DNA of 64,000 bases from Nitrospirota bacterium. Lineage in GTDB: Bacteria > Nitrospirota > Thermodesulfovibrionia > Thermodesulfovibrionales > Dissulfurispiraceae. A program made the position numbers and the translations under genes. Shown here one piece after another: positions 1 to 9,522 of the stretch. Under the pieces are notes generated by a model. It had not been told where the DNA came from. It saw only the letters and a list, made by a program, of their open reading frames with translations, and searched no databases. The stretch spans positions 9,016 through 73,015 of the forward strand of contig JBBITU010000001.1 in the NCBI GenBank assembly GCA_037440605.1. Reading direction: 5' to 3'. Position 1 is the first letter of the stretch; each line of letters begins with the position of its first letter.

Positions 1-1623
1 CATTATCTTTATCCATATAAACTTATCATTGTAAAAGGTGGGAATTATAATTTTATCGAGTTTTGAATAGAGATCATCAGCATCTCTCTTTGGGTCAGCT
101 ATTATATCCGCTGAAGGGCCTATTGCCCATCCGGTATAACCCTCAATATGCCCCTCTATCCACCAGCCATCAAGGACGCTGAAATTAGGCACCCCGTTAT
201 GTGTAGCCTTCATACCGCTCGTTCCGGATGCCTCAAAAGGCCTCATTGGGGTGTTTAACCAGAGGTCAACACCTGAAACGAGCTTTAAAGCCAAATCCAT
301 GTTATAGTTTTTTAAATATGCTATCTTTATCTTGTTCTTGAGCCTGTCTTTCATCTCGAATATCTGCTTTATGAGTTGTTTTCCGCCGTCATCTTTTGGG
401 TGGGCTTTGCCTGCGTATATAATCTGTATCCTTCCCTCCGCCATCTGGGCAAGCCTATCAGGGTCTGTAAACAACAAATCAGCCCTTTTATAGGCAGTAG
501 CACGCCTCGCAAAACCTATAGTCAGGGTATCATAATTCATCCCTGCCTGAGTCTCGCGGTTGACATAGTCTATAAGACGGCTCTTAGCCTCCATATGAGC
601 TTCCCATAATTCTTCATCGGGTATGCGGCCAACCCTGACAAATATCTCGGGTTCATTTGCCCAGCCGGGAAGGTATTTATCAAAAAGTTTCTTGAAGCTG
701 TCACATGTCCAGGTGAATGAATGCACGCCATTGGTAATGGCATGAATTTCATAGCCCGGAAACATACCCTTTGATACCTCACCGTGTTTTTTTGCTACTC
801 CATTGATATAATTGGACAGATTTATCCCCAAAATGGTCATATTAAGGGCGTCACGGCCCGCAAACTCTTTTATAACTGAGATGGGGATAATCTCACCCAA
901 TATCTTTTCTACGAGCGGATAAGGGAATCTATCATGTCCTGCCGCAACAGGTGTATGGGTGGTAAACACACACAAGCTCCTTACTTTTTCAGCATCCCAT
1001 ACAAGCCTCTCATCCCATACCCGTTCTATATCTTTTTTATATCTCTTGAGCAGCTCTATCGTCAAAAGGCTTGAATGACCTTCGTTCATATGATATTTCT
1101 TGATATCAAAACCCATCGCATCGAGCATCCTCGTTCCACCTATCCCAAGGACTATCTCCTGTTTGAACCTGTATGAAGTGTCCCCGCCGTAAAGATAAAG
1201 GGTTATTTCCCTGTCATCAGGATGGTTCTCAGGCTGGTCAGAGTCGAGGAAGAATACGGGAACCTTGCCCCCAGTAGCGCTTTCTACAACATAAAGCCAG
1301 CAACCAAGCACAACCTCCCTGCCCTCAATAGCAACACTTACCTTCTCTTGTATGGGGGACATGAAAATTGCAGGGTTCCATTCATCCGGCAGCTCTATCT
1401 GTCTCCCAAAGATATCAATATCCTGCTTAAAATAACCTTTTTTGGTAAGAAGAGTTACAGCTACCACAGGCAGCCTTAAATCCGCCGCTGACTTGATTGT
1501 ATCCCCTGCAAGAACTCCAAGTCCGCCGCTGTATGTAAGGATCTCGCTTGAGAGACCGATTTCCATAGAAAAATATGCTATCTTCTGTTCTTTGGTAAAC
1601 GGTTCTATGGATACAGCTTTCAT
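1..1623 (-). CDS. glgP: alpha-glucan (glycogen/maltodextrin) phosphorylase, GT35; C-terminal part lies beyond the window start
   Basis: My own minus-strand translation from the ATG at 1623: MKAVSIEPFTKEQKIAYFSMEIGL... It contains the PLP-lysine signature EASGTSGMKATHNG. The frame is open for 541 codons to position 1. It is missing from the ORF track because there is no stop in the window. Confidence 0.85.
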   Translation of the reverse strand, partial: MKAVSIEPFTKEQKIAYFSMEIGLSSEILTYSGGLGVLAGDTIKSAADLRLPVVAVTLLTKKGYFKQDIDIFGRQIELPDEWNPAIFMSPIQEKVSVAIEGREVVLGCWLYVVESATGGKVPVFFLDSDQPENHPDDREITLYLYGGDTSYRFKQEIVLGIGGTRMLDAMGFDIKKYHMNEGHSSLLTIELLKRYKKDIERVWDERLVWDAEKVRSLCVFTTHTPVAAGHDRFPYPLVEKILGEIIPISVIKEFAGRDALNMTILGINLSNYINGVAKKHGEVSKGMFPGYEIHAITNGVHSFTWTCDSFKKLFDKYLPGWANEPEIFVRVGRIPDEELWEAHMEAKSRLIDYVNRETQAGMNYDTLTIGFARRATAYKRADLLFTDPDRLAQMAEGRIQIIYAGKAHPKDDGGKQLIKQIFEMKDRLKNKIKIAYLKNYNMDLALKLVSGVDLWLNTPMRPFEASGTSGMKATHNGVPNFSVLDGWWIEGHIEGYTGWAIGPSADIIADPKRDADDLYSKLDKIIIPTFYNDKFIWIKIM

Positions 1624-1870
1624 AAATAACACGCTCCTTAAAGTTTATTTTCTTAATCAGCGCCGATAATCCACTGATAGTCTTTCCTGATGCAGGCATA
1701 GGGTCAGACTTGGCGACATATCATGAAATGAGGGCAAAAAAACTCACTTGTCATAAAATCTGTTCATAAATACCACATCAAGACAGCATATACGGCTGTT
1801 ATACCACATAAATGCTTGATTTTACACCAATAGGACAGGCGTCTCGCCTGTCAACAGATGACAAAAAGCC

Positions 1871-1890
1871 AATTTATAAACAGACTCTAA
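1871..1890. repeat. solo terminal repeat of family B (AATTTATAAACAGACTCTAA)
   Basis: Matches the right-hand terminal inverted repeat (TIR) seen at more than 12 other sites in the window. Confidence 0.6.
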
Positions 1891-1900
1891 TTATAATAAA

Positions 1901-2719
1901 TTATAGGCAAACATTCTTTGCCCTCTTAAAAAGTTCATTGAGCGCTTCTATGCCTTCATTTCCTATATCTAAAGAATAGCTGTTAACATAAAGCGAAACA
2001 TGCTGCATGATAACTTCATCGCTTAATTCCTGAGAGTATTTTTTAATAAAACAGAGTACTTCTTCTAAATTGTTTATAGAGTATTTTACACTTTTACTTA
2101 TAAGGTCTTCAATTATTTTGACAGTATCATATGCTATGTCTTTTTTTGCAATGATGCCGCCTAATGGAATAGGAAGTCCTGTCCCGCTCTCCCACCATTC
2201 ACCAAGATCGGCAATCTTGGCAAGACCGTAATCCTGATAGGTGAAACGACCCTCGTGTATTATAAGACCGGCATCTGTTTTCCGTTGCTGCACAGCAGTC
2301 ATAATCTCGTTAAAAGGCATAAATTCATAATTAACATTGATAGACCGGGAAATAAATTCTGAAGACAAGTAGAGCTTCATTAGCAGAAATGCAGTCGTTA
2401 GTCTGCCCGGAACCCCTATTTTAAGTTGTCCCTGCTTATCATCAAAAGAAAAGTCCTTATTAGCAACAATTAAAGGTCCGCAGCCCCGCCCAAAAGCTGC
2501 CCCTGCCCTTAAAAAATGGTAATCATCCTTCAGATAATAATAGGCATGAGATGAGACCTTCGAAATATCAAGTTTTTTACTAATACAAAGCTGGTTCAAT
2601 TCTTCTACATCTTTTATAATAAAATCAAAGTCCAGCCCCTTTAAATCAATTTTCTTGTTTACAAGGGCATAGAATATATAAGTATCATTCGGGCACGGGG
2701 AAAAACCAAAAGTCATCAT
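1901..2719 (-). CDS. mqnD: 1,4-dihydroxy-6-naphthoate synthase (futalosine menaquinone pathway), MqnD-like
   Basis: 272 aa. The N-terminal FGFSPCPNDTYIFYAL motif and overall periplasmic-binding-fold pattern are typical of the MqnD/MqnA family. Confidence 0.7.
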   Translation of the reverse strand: MMTFGFSPCPNDTYIFYALVNKKIDLKGLDFDFIIKDVEELNQLCISKKLDISKVSSHAYYYLKDDYHFLRAGAAFGRGCGPLIVANKDFSFDDKQGQLKIGVPGRLTTAFLLMKLYLSSEFISRSINVNYEFMPFNEIMTAVQQRKTDAGLIIHEGRFTYQDYGLAKIADLGEWWESGTGLPIPLGGIIAKKDIAYDTVKIIEDLISKSVKYSINNLEEVLCFIKKYSQELSDEVIMQHVSLYVNSYSLDIGNEGIEALNELFKRAKNVCL

Positions 2720-2728
2720 AGTTGTAAT

Positions 2729-3211
2729 TTAAAGCTTATAACCTATTTTTCTCAAAAATTCCTTACGGTCTTTCTTGTCTTCAGGAGACTCAACTCCTTT
2801 TGGAGGAAAGCCATCTACAACACCTATGATACCATTTCCCTGTTCTGTAGAGACGGTTAGTATCTCAAGGGGATTCGCCGTTGCACAGTATATCCTGCAA
2901 ACCTCCGGACAATTCTTTACAGAATTCAGGATATTTATTGGAAAGACGTTCTTCAATAAGATACAGAATACATGACCGGAGCCAATGTCCTGAAGAATTT
3001 TTACACAACTGTTTATCAACTCCTCATCATTACCTTCGCTCCTTATCAGGCAAGGACCTGATGCCTCTGAAAATGCAATGCAGAATTTTGCATGAGAGAC
3101 CGTTGTTGAAATTATTTCATAAATATCCTCAACAGTCTTAATAAAATGTGATTGTCCAACAATAATATTGCAGCCATCAGGGATATTAATCCTGACTACT
3201 CTAATCTCCAT
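2729..3211 (-). CDS. adenosine-specific kinase family protein (PF04008-like, formerly DUF355)
   Basis: MEIRVVRINIPDGCNIIVGQSHFIKTVEDI...FCATANPLEI...RKEFLRKIGYKL is a pattern I recognise for this ~160-aa family. A GAGGAGG RBS precedes the ATG at 3211. The track ORF extends to 3493 only by reading into repeat A. Confidence 0.75.
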   Translation of the reverse strand: MEIRVVRINIPDGCNIIVGQSHFIKTVEDIYEIISTTVSHAKFCIAFSEASGPCLIRSEGNDEELINSCVKILQDIGSGHVFCILLKNVFPINILNSVKNCPEVCRIYCATANPLEILTVSTEQGNGIIGVVDGFPPKGVESPEDKKDRKEFLRKIGYKL

Positions 3212-3320
3212 TTTTAGTTCCTCCTCGTTAAATATATAATACCTAAGTTGAGCGATTCTTGTCCCATAAATATGGGAGGTATGGCTACGAAGAAAGCACA
3301 CTAAAGCATATCGCTTAATG

Positions 3321-3540
3321 CTTAACCCAAAAATGCTTTTACTTCCCAAAAAGCAAGTATGGACACCCGAAAACCCTTTGTCCTGCAACACCTTTATTAG
3401 TGCGGCAGTGCCACAGTGCGACAGCTCGGCAGCTATTTTTGTATCCTGAATTGCCCTTTCATGCCGCACTAACGCTCTGTAGAACCATCGCACTACCCAT
3501 GCCTGCTATGCAAAAATCTAATTGCACTGTTTAGGTTAAT
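3321..3540. repeat. family A MITE-like element (subfamily 1)
   Basis: Termini are CTTAACCCAAAAATGC ... GCACTGTTTAGGTTAA. By eye about 85% identical to the reverse complement of 13528..13741. Confidence 0.75.
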
Positions 3541-3706
3541 AAGTATGCAAACCGTCAGGTGAATTAGATTAAATTATGCTGCATTTATGGGTTTCTGAGT
3601 AGTCGTGCCCCGCAATAAATCGAACAATTTAGGCGCTCTCTTTTTCTATGTTATAATGATATTGAATATTTTTCCATACTTTAATTGAGAATATTTTTTC
3701 AATCTA

Positions 3707-4339
3707 ATGCACTCTGGCAATACGGGAGACCGCATGCAGTCCCTCACTTCAAAATATATTGGAAATAAAATAATTATTCTATGTTATATATTTATATTTT
3801 CTTCATTTCTGCTTCTTTTTGCAAAAACAGGCTACTCATATCAGATTAACTCCATATCGGTTGCCATAGTCAATAATAATGAAATATCCGTGACGACATC
3901 CTTAAGTCCTGAAGCAAAGTTCGTAGAAGACCTGAACGAAGGAATGACAAAAGAGCTTGTTTTTTATATAGACATGTTCAGGGTTTGGAAGATATGGCCG
4001 GATGAATTTGTAAAGGGCCGAAAGATTTCAAGAATTCTCAAAAGCGACCCCATCAGAAGGGAATATATAGCCATCAGCATTGACGGCAATGTCTCGATCG
4101 AAAAAAGATTTAAGGATATAGACTCTATGTTATCTTGGTCTCTTAACATTACGGATATAAAACTAACAGGGGTTAAAAATCTTGAAGCGGGCAAATATTT
4201 TGTGAAAGCAACCGTTGAGTCCAACATTAAAAAACTGCCTCCGGTTATAGGATATTTTTTATTTTTTATCTCTGAAAGGGAATTCAGCGTCTCAAGAAAC
4301 TCTCATAAATTTCAATTTCCACAAGAGCCGGATAAATAA
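3707..4339 (+). CDS. membrane-anchored protein, possibly DUF4390-like (positional partner of ntrY)
   Basis: 210-aa ORF with an N-terminal hydrophobic anchor (IIILCYIFIFSSFLLLFA). It lies immediately upstream of an NtrY-type kinase, as DUF4390 genes do in proteobacteria. The start codon is uncertain. Confidence 0.5.
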   Translation: MHSGNTGDRMQSLTSKYIGNKIIILCYIFIFSSFLLLFAKTGYSYQINSISVAIVNNNEISVTTSLSPEAKFVEDLNEGMTKELVFYIDMFRVWKIWPDEFVKGRKISRILKSDPIRREYIAISIDGNVSIEKRFKDIDSMLSWSLNITDIKLTGVKNLEAGKYFVKATVESNIKKLPPVIGYFLFFISEREFSVSRNSHKFQFPQEPDK

Positions 4340-4341
4340 TG

Positions 4342-4597
4342 CTTAACCCAAAAAATGCAATTGGAATTCTCTTTAGCAGGCACAAATACCCTCAACCCCT
4401 GTGTATTAAACAAAATTATCTCAATGCAATTCTCCATTTGCCTAATCTGTGTTGCATAAAAATATTCTATCATGGTTTGCAGCATTGCATGTCTAAGGTG
4501 TTTCAGGACAAACCTGCCTATGCGTGGCACGCAGACAGGGGGTTGCCGGGCATCTATGCCTGCTCTTTTAAGACGAACCGCATTTTTTGGGTTAACC
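4342..4597. repeat. family A MITE-like element (subfamily 2)
   Basis: TIRs are CTTAACCCAAAAAATGCAATT / GCATTTTTTGGGTTAACC. It is colinear with 26051..26279 and sits between the stop of 3707..4339 and the ntrY start. Confidence 0.8.
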
Positions 4598-4622
4598 TGC
4601 CAGCTTTAATTTTATTTTATTA

Positions 4623-6659
4623 ATGAAAAAATCAAATCAAATCAAATTCCTCTTTTTAGCTATCTTTATCATCATCATAATTACTTTTGCGCAAATCTAT
4701 TACTTCAAATTTCCCCATGCTGACATGACCACAAGGTTCATACTTACAAGCATTCTTACATTCAATATCGTTGCACTTCTTACGCTTATCTTTTTTGTTA
4801 CAAGAAACCTGTTCAAGCTTTTTATCCAGAGAAGGGATAAGATTCCTGGTTATAGATTCAGGAGCCGCCTTGTAGCAATTTTTATGATTCTGATTTTGAT
4901 ACCGTCGGTCTCTCTGTTTATTGTCTCAACCGGACTATCAACAAACTATATAAACAGGTTTTTTTCGCTGCCGGTTAAAGAGAGCCTTACCAATTCAGTT
5001 GAGCTTGCAAGGGCATTCTACGATCTTGAAAAGGATAGGGTTTTAAATATTGCAAAACAGATTTCGAGAGGCAGCAAGTCGCCCACAGATGAAGTGTCAG
5101 TAATGAGACTCAACCATTTGCCGGAAGATGCCAATGAATTGATAAAAGAGGCTTTTGAGGGCAAAGAAGGCGCAGAGATAATATCTTCACCAGAAGGAGA
5201 CATTGTCAGGGCTGCGGCTCCTTCTTTCAAAGGCGGCAGCAGAGCAGAGATTATAGTCGTAGAATCAAGACTGCCTGTATCAATTTCCAAAAAATCCGAA
5301 AAATTAAGGACTTCTTATGAAGACTTTTTAGATTTTGAGTCTTTCAGGGCGCCTTTAAGCCTGAACTATATATTAATACTCAGCTTCATAACACTTATTA
5401 TGGTTTTTATGGGATTATGGTTTTCACTTAAGATTTCGCAGGGCATAACCGAACCTATTCAAAGCCTTGCAATTGCAACAAAAGAAGTAGCAGCTGGAAA
5501 TCTGAATGTCTTGGTTGACATAAAAACTGACGATGAGGTCGGCATCTTAATCAATTCTTTCAACCAAATGGTCAGAGAGATCAAGGACAATAAAGACTCC
5601 ATCGAAAAAGCTTATGCAGAGTCTGATAAAAGGAGATTATTTTTAGAAAACATACTCGAAAACATCAACTCAGGGGTGATTTTTTTAGATGATGCTATGA
5701 CCATCTTAACAATAAATAAAGCGGCATGCTCAATACTTAATATTAAACAGGACGATTTTGCCGGCAGGAATTACGAAGACTTCATAACTCATCTTAACTC
5801 TCCTGATTTGAGCAGCCTCATAGAAACCCTTAAAGGCAAAAAGATAACGGATATAAAAAAGGAGGTCACTTTAGAAATTAATGGCAACAAAACAATCCTT
5901 ACAGTTTATATTTCAGGCATATGGGACAAGCAATCCCGCAAATCACTTGGACTGCTTGTTGTTTTTAATGATATTACCAAGATAGTTGCAGCACAAAAGG
6001 CTGAAGCATGGCAGGAGTTTGCCCGCAAGGTAGCACATGAGATTAAAAACCCGCTGACACCGATAAGGCTATCCACTGAAAGACTCATAAATAAATGGCG
6101 GCAGAAAAGCGAAGACCTTGACGCCGTTTTTGAAAAATCTACAAAGGCTATTATTCGCGAAGTGGACAGCCTAAAAAATTTGATAGATGCATTTTCAAAA
6201 TACGGCAGAATGCCGGAAATAAACAAAAAATTAGTTAATGTAAAAGAATTGCTCGAAGATGTTACCATACTGTACAGCGGATTTAAGGATGTTGATATCC
6301 AGATCTTAATAAATGAAGGAATCCCCGATATTAACCTTGACAGGGAACAAATCAAAAGGGCTTTGATTAATATTATTGATAATGGCATAGAGGCTATTGA
6401 CAGGAATGGCATTATCAAAATTGGCGTCAGTATGGACTCTGATAATTTAACCATAGAGATTGCTGATTCAGGACTCGGCATCAAAGATGATGAAAAGGAA
6501 AAGCTGTTCCTTCCATATTTTTCAAAGAGAAAGGGTGGGACAGGGCTGGGGCTTGCCATAGCAAGCAAGGTGATAAAGGATCACGAGGGGCAGATTTCAA
6601 TAAGGGATAATATTCCGCAAGGCAGTATTTTTGTTTTAAAATTACCCATATATAAATAG
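4623..6659 (+). CDS. ntrY: sensor histidine kinase, NtrY-like (multi-TM, HAMP, PAS, HisKA, HATPase_c)
   Basis: 678 aa. N-terminal TM segments, H-box AHEIKNPLTPIRLSTERL, N-box/G-boxes (IDNGIEA, DSGLGI, GGTGLGLAI). Confidence 0.8.
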   Translation: MKKSNQIKFLFLAIFIIIIITFAQIYYFKFPHADMTTRFILTSILTFNIVALLTLIFFVTRNLFKLFIQRRDKIPGYRFRSRLVAIFMILILIPSVSLFIVSTGLSTNYINRFFSLPVKESLTNSVELARAFYDLEKDRVLNIAKQISRGSKSPTDEVSVMRLNHLPEDANELIKEAFEGKEGAEIISSPEGDIVRAAAPSFKGGSRAEIIVVESRLPVSISKKSEKLRTSYEDFLDFESFRAPLSLNYILILSFITLIMVFMGLWFSLKISQGITEPIQSLAIATKEVAAGNLNVLVDIKTDDEVGILINSFNQMVREIKDNKDSIEKAYAESDKRRLFLENILENINSGVIFLDDAMTILTINKAACSILNIKQDDFAGRNYEDFITHLNSPDLSSLIETLKGKKITDIKKEVTLEINGNKTILTVYISGIWDKQSRKSLGLLVVFNDITKIVAAQKAEAWQEFARKVAHEIKNPLTPIRLSTERLINKWRQKSEDLDAVFEKSTKAIIREVDSLKNLIDAFSKYGRMPEINKKLVNVKELLEDVTILYSGFKDVDIQILINEGIPDINLDREQIKRALINIIDNGIEAIDRNGIIKIGVSMDSDNLTIEIADSGLGIKDDEKEKLFLPYFSKRKGGTGLGLAIASKVIKDHEGQISIRDNIPQGSIFVLKLPIYK

Positions 6660-6660
6660 C

Positions 6661-6821
6661 GGCTGTTTATAAATACTCATTGTTATTGAAATCTGTCATT
6701 CCAGAGAATCCAGACACTGTTCCCGAAGGTCTTAATCGGGGAACTATAACCATATGCCACTAGGTTACCCTGCCAAGTCTGGGAATGACAGGACGTGAGA
6801 ATCATAGTTTATAAACAGTTC
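6661..6821. repeat. family B element (core with GTCATTCC...GGGAATGAC hairpin)
   Basis: GGCTGTTTATAAATACTCATTGTTATTGAAATCTGTCATTCC ... ATAGTTTATAAACAG. It occupies the ntrY-ntrX intercistronic gap. Confidence 0.7.
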
Positions 6822-6840
6822 TAAAATAGCTTCAGGAGTT

Positions 6841-8214
6841 GTGATGTCAACAGGCTTGATACTAGTTGTAGATGATGACATGGGCGTTAGTGAAAGTCTA
6901 TCTGATACCTTAAGCGATGTTGGATATGATGTTATAAAGGCTTCTTCAGGCGAGGATGCCATTGAGCTAATCAAGGATAATCCCCCTGATATTATATTTC
7001 TCGATATTTGGCTGCCTAAAATGGATGGAATACAGACGCTCTCACTGATAAAAGAGAGTCTTGATGTTCCTGTTGTCATGATATCAGCTCATGGAGATAT
7101 AGAGACTGCCGTCAAGGCTATTAAGCTCGGCGCTTATGATTTTCTTGAAAAACCCCTCACAGAAGACGATATCTTTCTTGTAATTAAAAGGGCTTTTGAA
7201 TTGAGAAGACTTGCGTCTGAAAACCGTAATCTCAAGGCTGCCCTTAGTAAAAAATGGAAACTGGTAGGTGATTCAGAGAAAATCAAAAGCCTGAATCAGC
7301 AGATCGAAATGGCTGCACAGAGCAATAGCAGGGTTCTTATCATGGGAGAAAGCGGAACAGGCAAGGAAATAATAGCGCGATTGCTGCATGAAAAAAGCCC
7401 CAGACACGACCATCAGTTCATAGAGGTCAACTGTGCTGCAATTCCACAGGAGCTAATAGAGAGCGAATTATTCGGGCATGAAAAAGGTTCCTTCACCGGC
7501 GCATCTGAGAGAAAGACAGGCAAGTTTGAACTTGCTGATAAAGGCACTTTGTTTTTAGATGAAATTGGTGATATGTCATTAAAGACACAGGCAAAGGTAT
7601 TGAGAGTGATAGAAACCCAGACATTCCAGAGAGTGGGCGGCAGTAAAAATATCAAGGTAGATACTCGTATTATTGCGGCTACAAACAAGGATTTGCCAAG
7701 TGAGGCTCGGAAGGGCAACTTCAGGGAAGACTTGTATTTCAGGCTTAATGTCATTCCCATTGTCTCTCCTGCTTTGAGGGAGAGGCTGGAAGACATCCCC
7801 CAGCTTGTCCAATACTTTATATCCATGCTTCGCCATGAAAGCGGATTAAAAGCAAAGGATATAAGCCCTGAGGTTATAAACATGTTCAAGGATTATCATT
7901 GGCCCGGCAATATAAGAGAGCTGAAAAATGCAATTGAAAGGCTTATAATAATGGTGCCCTCAAATATTATCAGCAAAAATGATATAGAGAATTCCGGCGT
8001 ACTGCAATTAAGAAAGTCTTCACAAGAATATAACTACTTCTCCTATAAAACGCTTAAAGATGCCAGAGACGCCTTTGAGCGGGACTATATCATCAAAAAG
8101 CTTGGTGAAAATAACTGGAATATATCTAAAACCTCCGATGCCATAGCTGTCGAAAGAAGCAATCTTCACAAAAAGATAAAGCTGTATGAAATAAATGAGC
8201 AAAAAGATGAATGA
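6841..8214 (+). CDS. ntrX: sigma-54-dependent two-component response regulator (NtrX/NtrC/AtoC family)
   Basis: REC domain (DD..D..K pattern). AAA+ domain with Walker A GESGTGKE, ESELFGHEKGSFTGA (a GAFTGA-loop variant) and the RELKN arginine finger region. C-terminal Fis-type HTH. Confidence 0.85.
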   Translation: MMSTGLILVVDDDMGVSESLSDTLSDVGYDVIKASSGEDAIELIKDNPPDIIFLDIWLPKMDGIQTLSLIKESLDVPVVMISAHGDIETAVKAIKLGAYDFLEKPLTEDDIFLVIKRAFELRRLASENRNLKAALSKKWKLVGDSEKIKSLNQQIEMAAQSNSRVLIMGESGTGKEIIARLLHEKSPRHDHQFIEVNCAAIPQELIESELFGHEKGSFTGASERKTGKFELADKGTLFLDEIGDMSLKTQAKVLRVIETQTFQRVGGSKNIKVDTRIIAATNKDLPSEARKGNFREDLYFRLNVIPIVSPALRERLEDIPQLVQYFISMLRHESGLKAKDISPEVINMFKDYHWPGNIRELKNAIERLIIMVPSNIISKNDIENSGVLQLRKSSQEYNYFSYKTLKDARDAFERDYIIKKLGENNWNISKTSDAIAVERSNLHKKIKLYEINEQKDE

Positions 8215-8493
8215 AACAGAAAATATTGGCAGCCATAAAAAATATAAATTAACTAAAAATTGTCATTATGAATATAAACAATTATTTTATAAATATTTAT
8301 TCCTAATGACCGCCATTAGAAAAACTGATTGATAATAAAGCATATTTTAACTCTAATGACAATTCCGGGATTAACTAAAAAGGAAAGACTTAATTTAGAG
8401 GATTGCTTATTAAATTTTTCGGGCATCAAAAATAGACTGGAAAATTAAAAGAAACTTTGTTAAAATTACACTTTATTTTTAAGGAGAAAATTC

Positions 8494-9228
8494 ATGACCG
8501 GTCATACAGCTATAGTTACGGGAGGCGGGCGCGGCATCGGCAAGTCCATTGCGGAAGCCCTTGCTAAAAAAGCCGTTAATATTGTCATCGTCGGCACAAA
8601 CATGACGGTTGCTGAAAAAACATCTGCTGATCTTCAGGAGTTCGGAGTTAAAAGCATAGCAATCAGGGCAGATGTCTCAAATTCGTCAGATGTCAGGAAT
8701 ATTTTTGATAAAACCTTAAGCGAGTTTGGTAAAATAGATATTCTTGTTAATAATGCCGGCATTACCCGCGACAGCCTGCTTATAAGGATGAAGGATGAAG
8801 ACTGGGATGCAGTCATAAATGTCAATTTAAAGGGCACATTTCTATGCTCCAGAGAAGCTGTGAAGATTATGATGAAACAAAAATACGGCAGGATAATAAA
8901 TATTTCATCTGTTGTCCCTTTTATCGGCAATCCTGGACAGGCAAATTACAGCGCATCCAAGGCTGGCATAGTCGGCTTGACAAAAACGATTGCCAGAGAG
9001 TATGCCAACAGAGGCATAACAGCTAATGCTATAGCACCCGGGTTCATAATCACCGCAATGACTGAATCCATCCCTGAGAATATCAAAAATGAGATGCTCA
9101 AGGCTATCCCTATGAGCCGTTTCGGCACAACAGATGATGTCGCAAATGCAGTTGTTTTTTTTGCATCACCTGATGCAGGATATATAACAGGTCAGTTACT
9201 GCATGTTAACGGTGGAATGTATATGTAG
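8494..9228 (+). CDS. fabG: 3-oxoacyl-[ACP] reductase
   Basis: SDR with TGGGRGIG cofactor motif, NNAG, S...YSASK catalytic motif. It lies upstream of acpP-fabF. Confidence 0.9.
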   Translation: MTGHTAIVTGGGRGIGKSIAEALAKKAVNIVIVGTNMTVAEKTSADLQEFGVKSIAIRADVSNSSDVRNIFDKTLSEFGKIDILVNNAGITRDSLLIRMKDEDWDAVINVNLKGTFLCSREAVKIMMKQKYGRIINISSVVPFIGNPGQANYSASKAGIVGLTKTIAREYANRGITANAIAPGFIITAMTESIPENIKNEMLKAIPMSRFGTTDDVANAVVFFASPDAGYITGQLLHVNGGMYM

Positions 9229-9288
9229 TTATTCTTTTGGAATTTGTTTTTCACGAATTCAATCACGGGTTTTATTAGGAGGAAAATA

Positions 9289-9522
9289 ATGGTTGAGGAT
9301 AAGGTAAAAGAGATTATTTCTAAGCAGCTGGGGGTTGATCAGTCTGCTGTAACGCCCGAAGTTTCTTTCATAGAGGATTTGGGTGCTGATTCTCTTGATA
9401 CTGTTGAACTTGTAATGGCATTTGAGGAGGCTTTCAACATCGAAATTCCTGATGAAGATGCGGAGAAAATCAGCAGAGTAAAGGATGCAATAGATTATAT
9501 CAACAATAAAGTAAATGGATAA
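9289..9522 (+). CDS. acpP: acyl carrier protein
   Basis: [16 protein letters not shown]...[18 protein letters not shown] (phosphopantetheine Ser in DSLD). An AGGAGG RBS lies 9 nt upstream of the ATG at 9289. The track start at 9244 is an upstream extension. Confidence 0.93.
   Translation: MVEDKVKEIISKQLGVDQSAVTPEVSFIEDLGADSLDTVELVMAFEEAFNIEIPDEDAEKISRVKDAIDYINNKVNG

Noticed and set aside
3212-3493. N-terminal 94-aa extension of track ORF 2729..3493.
   Set aside because: The extension is encoded entirely by a family A repeat copy. The conserved adenosine-specific-kinase-like protein starts at MEIRV (3211) behind a strong RBS.
4521-4548. A sigma-54 promoter-like TGGCAC...TTGC upstream of ntrY.
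   Set aside because: The spacing between the GG and GC elements is about 12 nt instead of the canonical 5-nt gap. The sequence is also part of the family A repeat.
4339-4623. ORFs lying inside repeat elements: 4339..4623, 26063..26287, 17027..17242, 17049..17237, 24163..24363, 27299..27520, 33627..33833, 30894..31103 and 37625..37912.
   Set aside because: Their sequences are the dispersed repeat families A, B and C or hairpin modules. They have no RBS, the same peptides recur wherever the repeat occurs, and both strands give ORFs.
5906-6568. Long antisense or off-frame ORFs inside genes: 5906..6568, 7413..7889, 42829..43158, 48567..49001, 56933..57325, 59525..60070 and 61089..61691, among others.
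   Set aside because: Each is fully embedded opposite or out of frame to a gene with clear family motifs (ntrY, ntrX, GT/MT, wzt, rpsK, secY, rpsE/rplR). Their composition is low-complexity, typical of shadow ORFs.
8229-8246. TGGCAGCCATAAAAAA downstream of ntrX as a possible sigma-54 -24/-12 promoter for fabG.
   Set aside because: The -12 TTGC/TGC element is absent.
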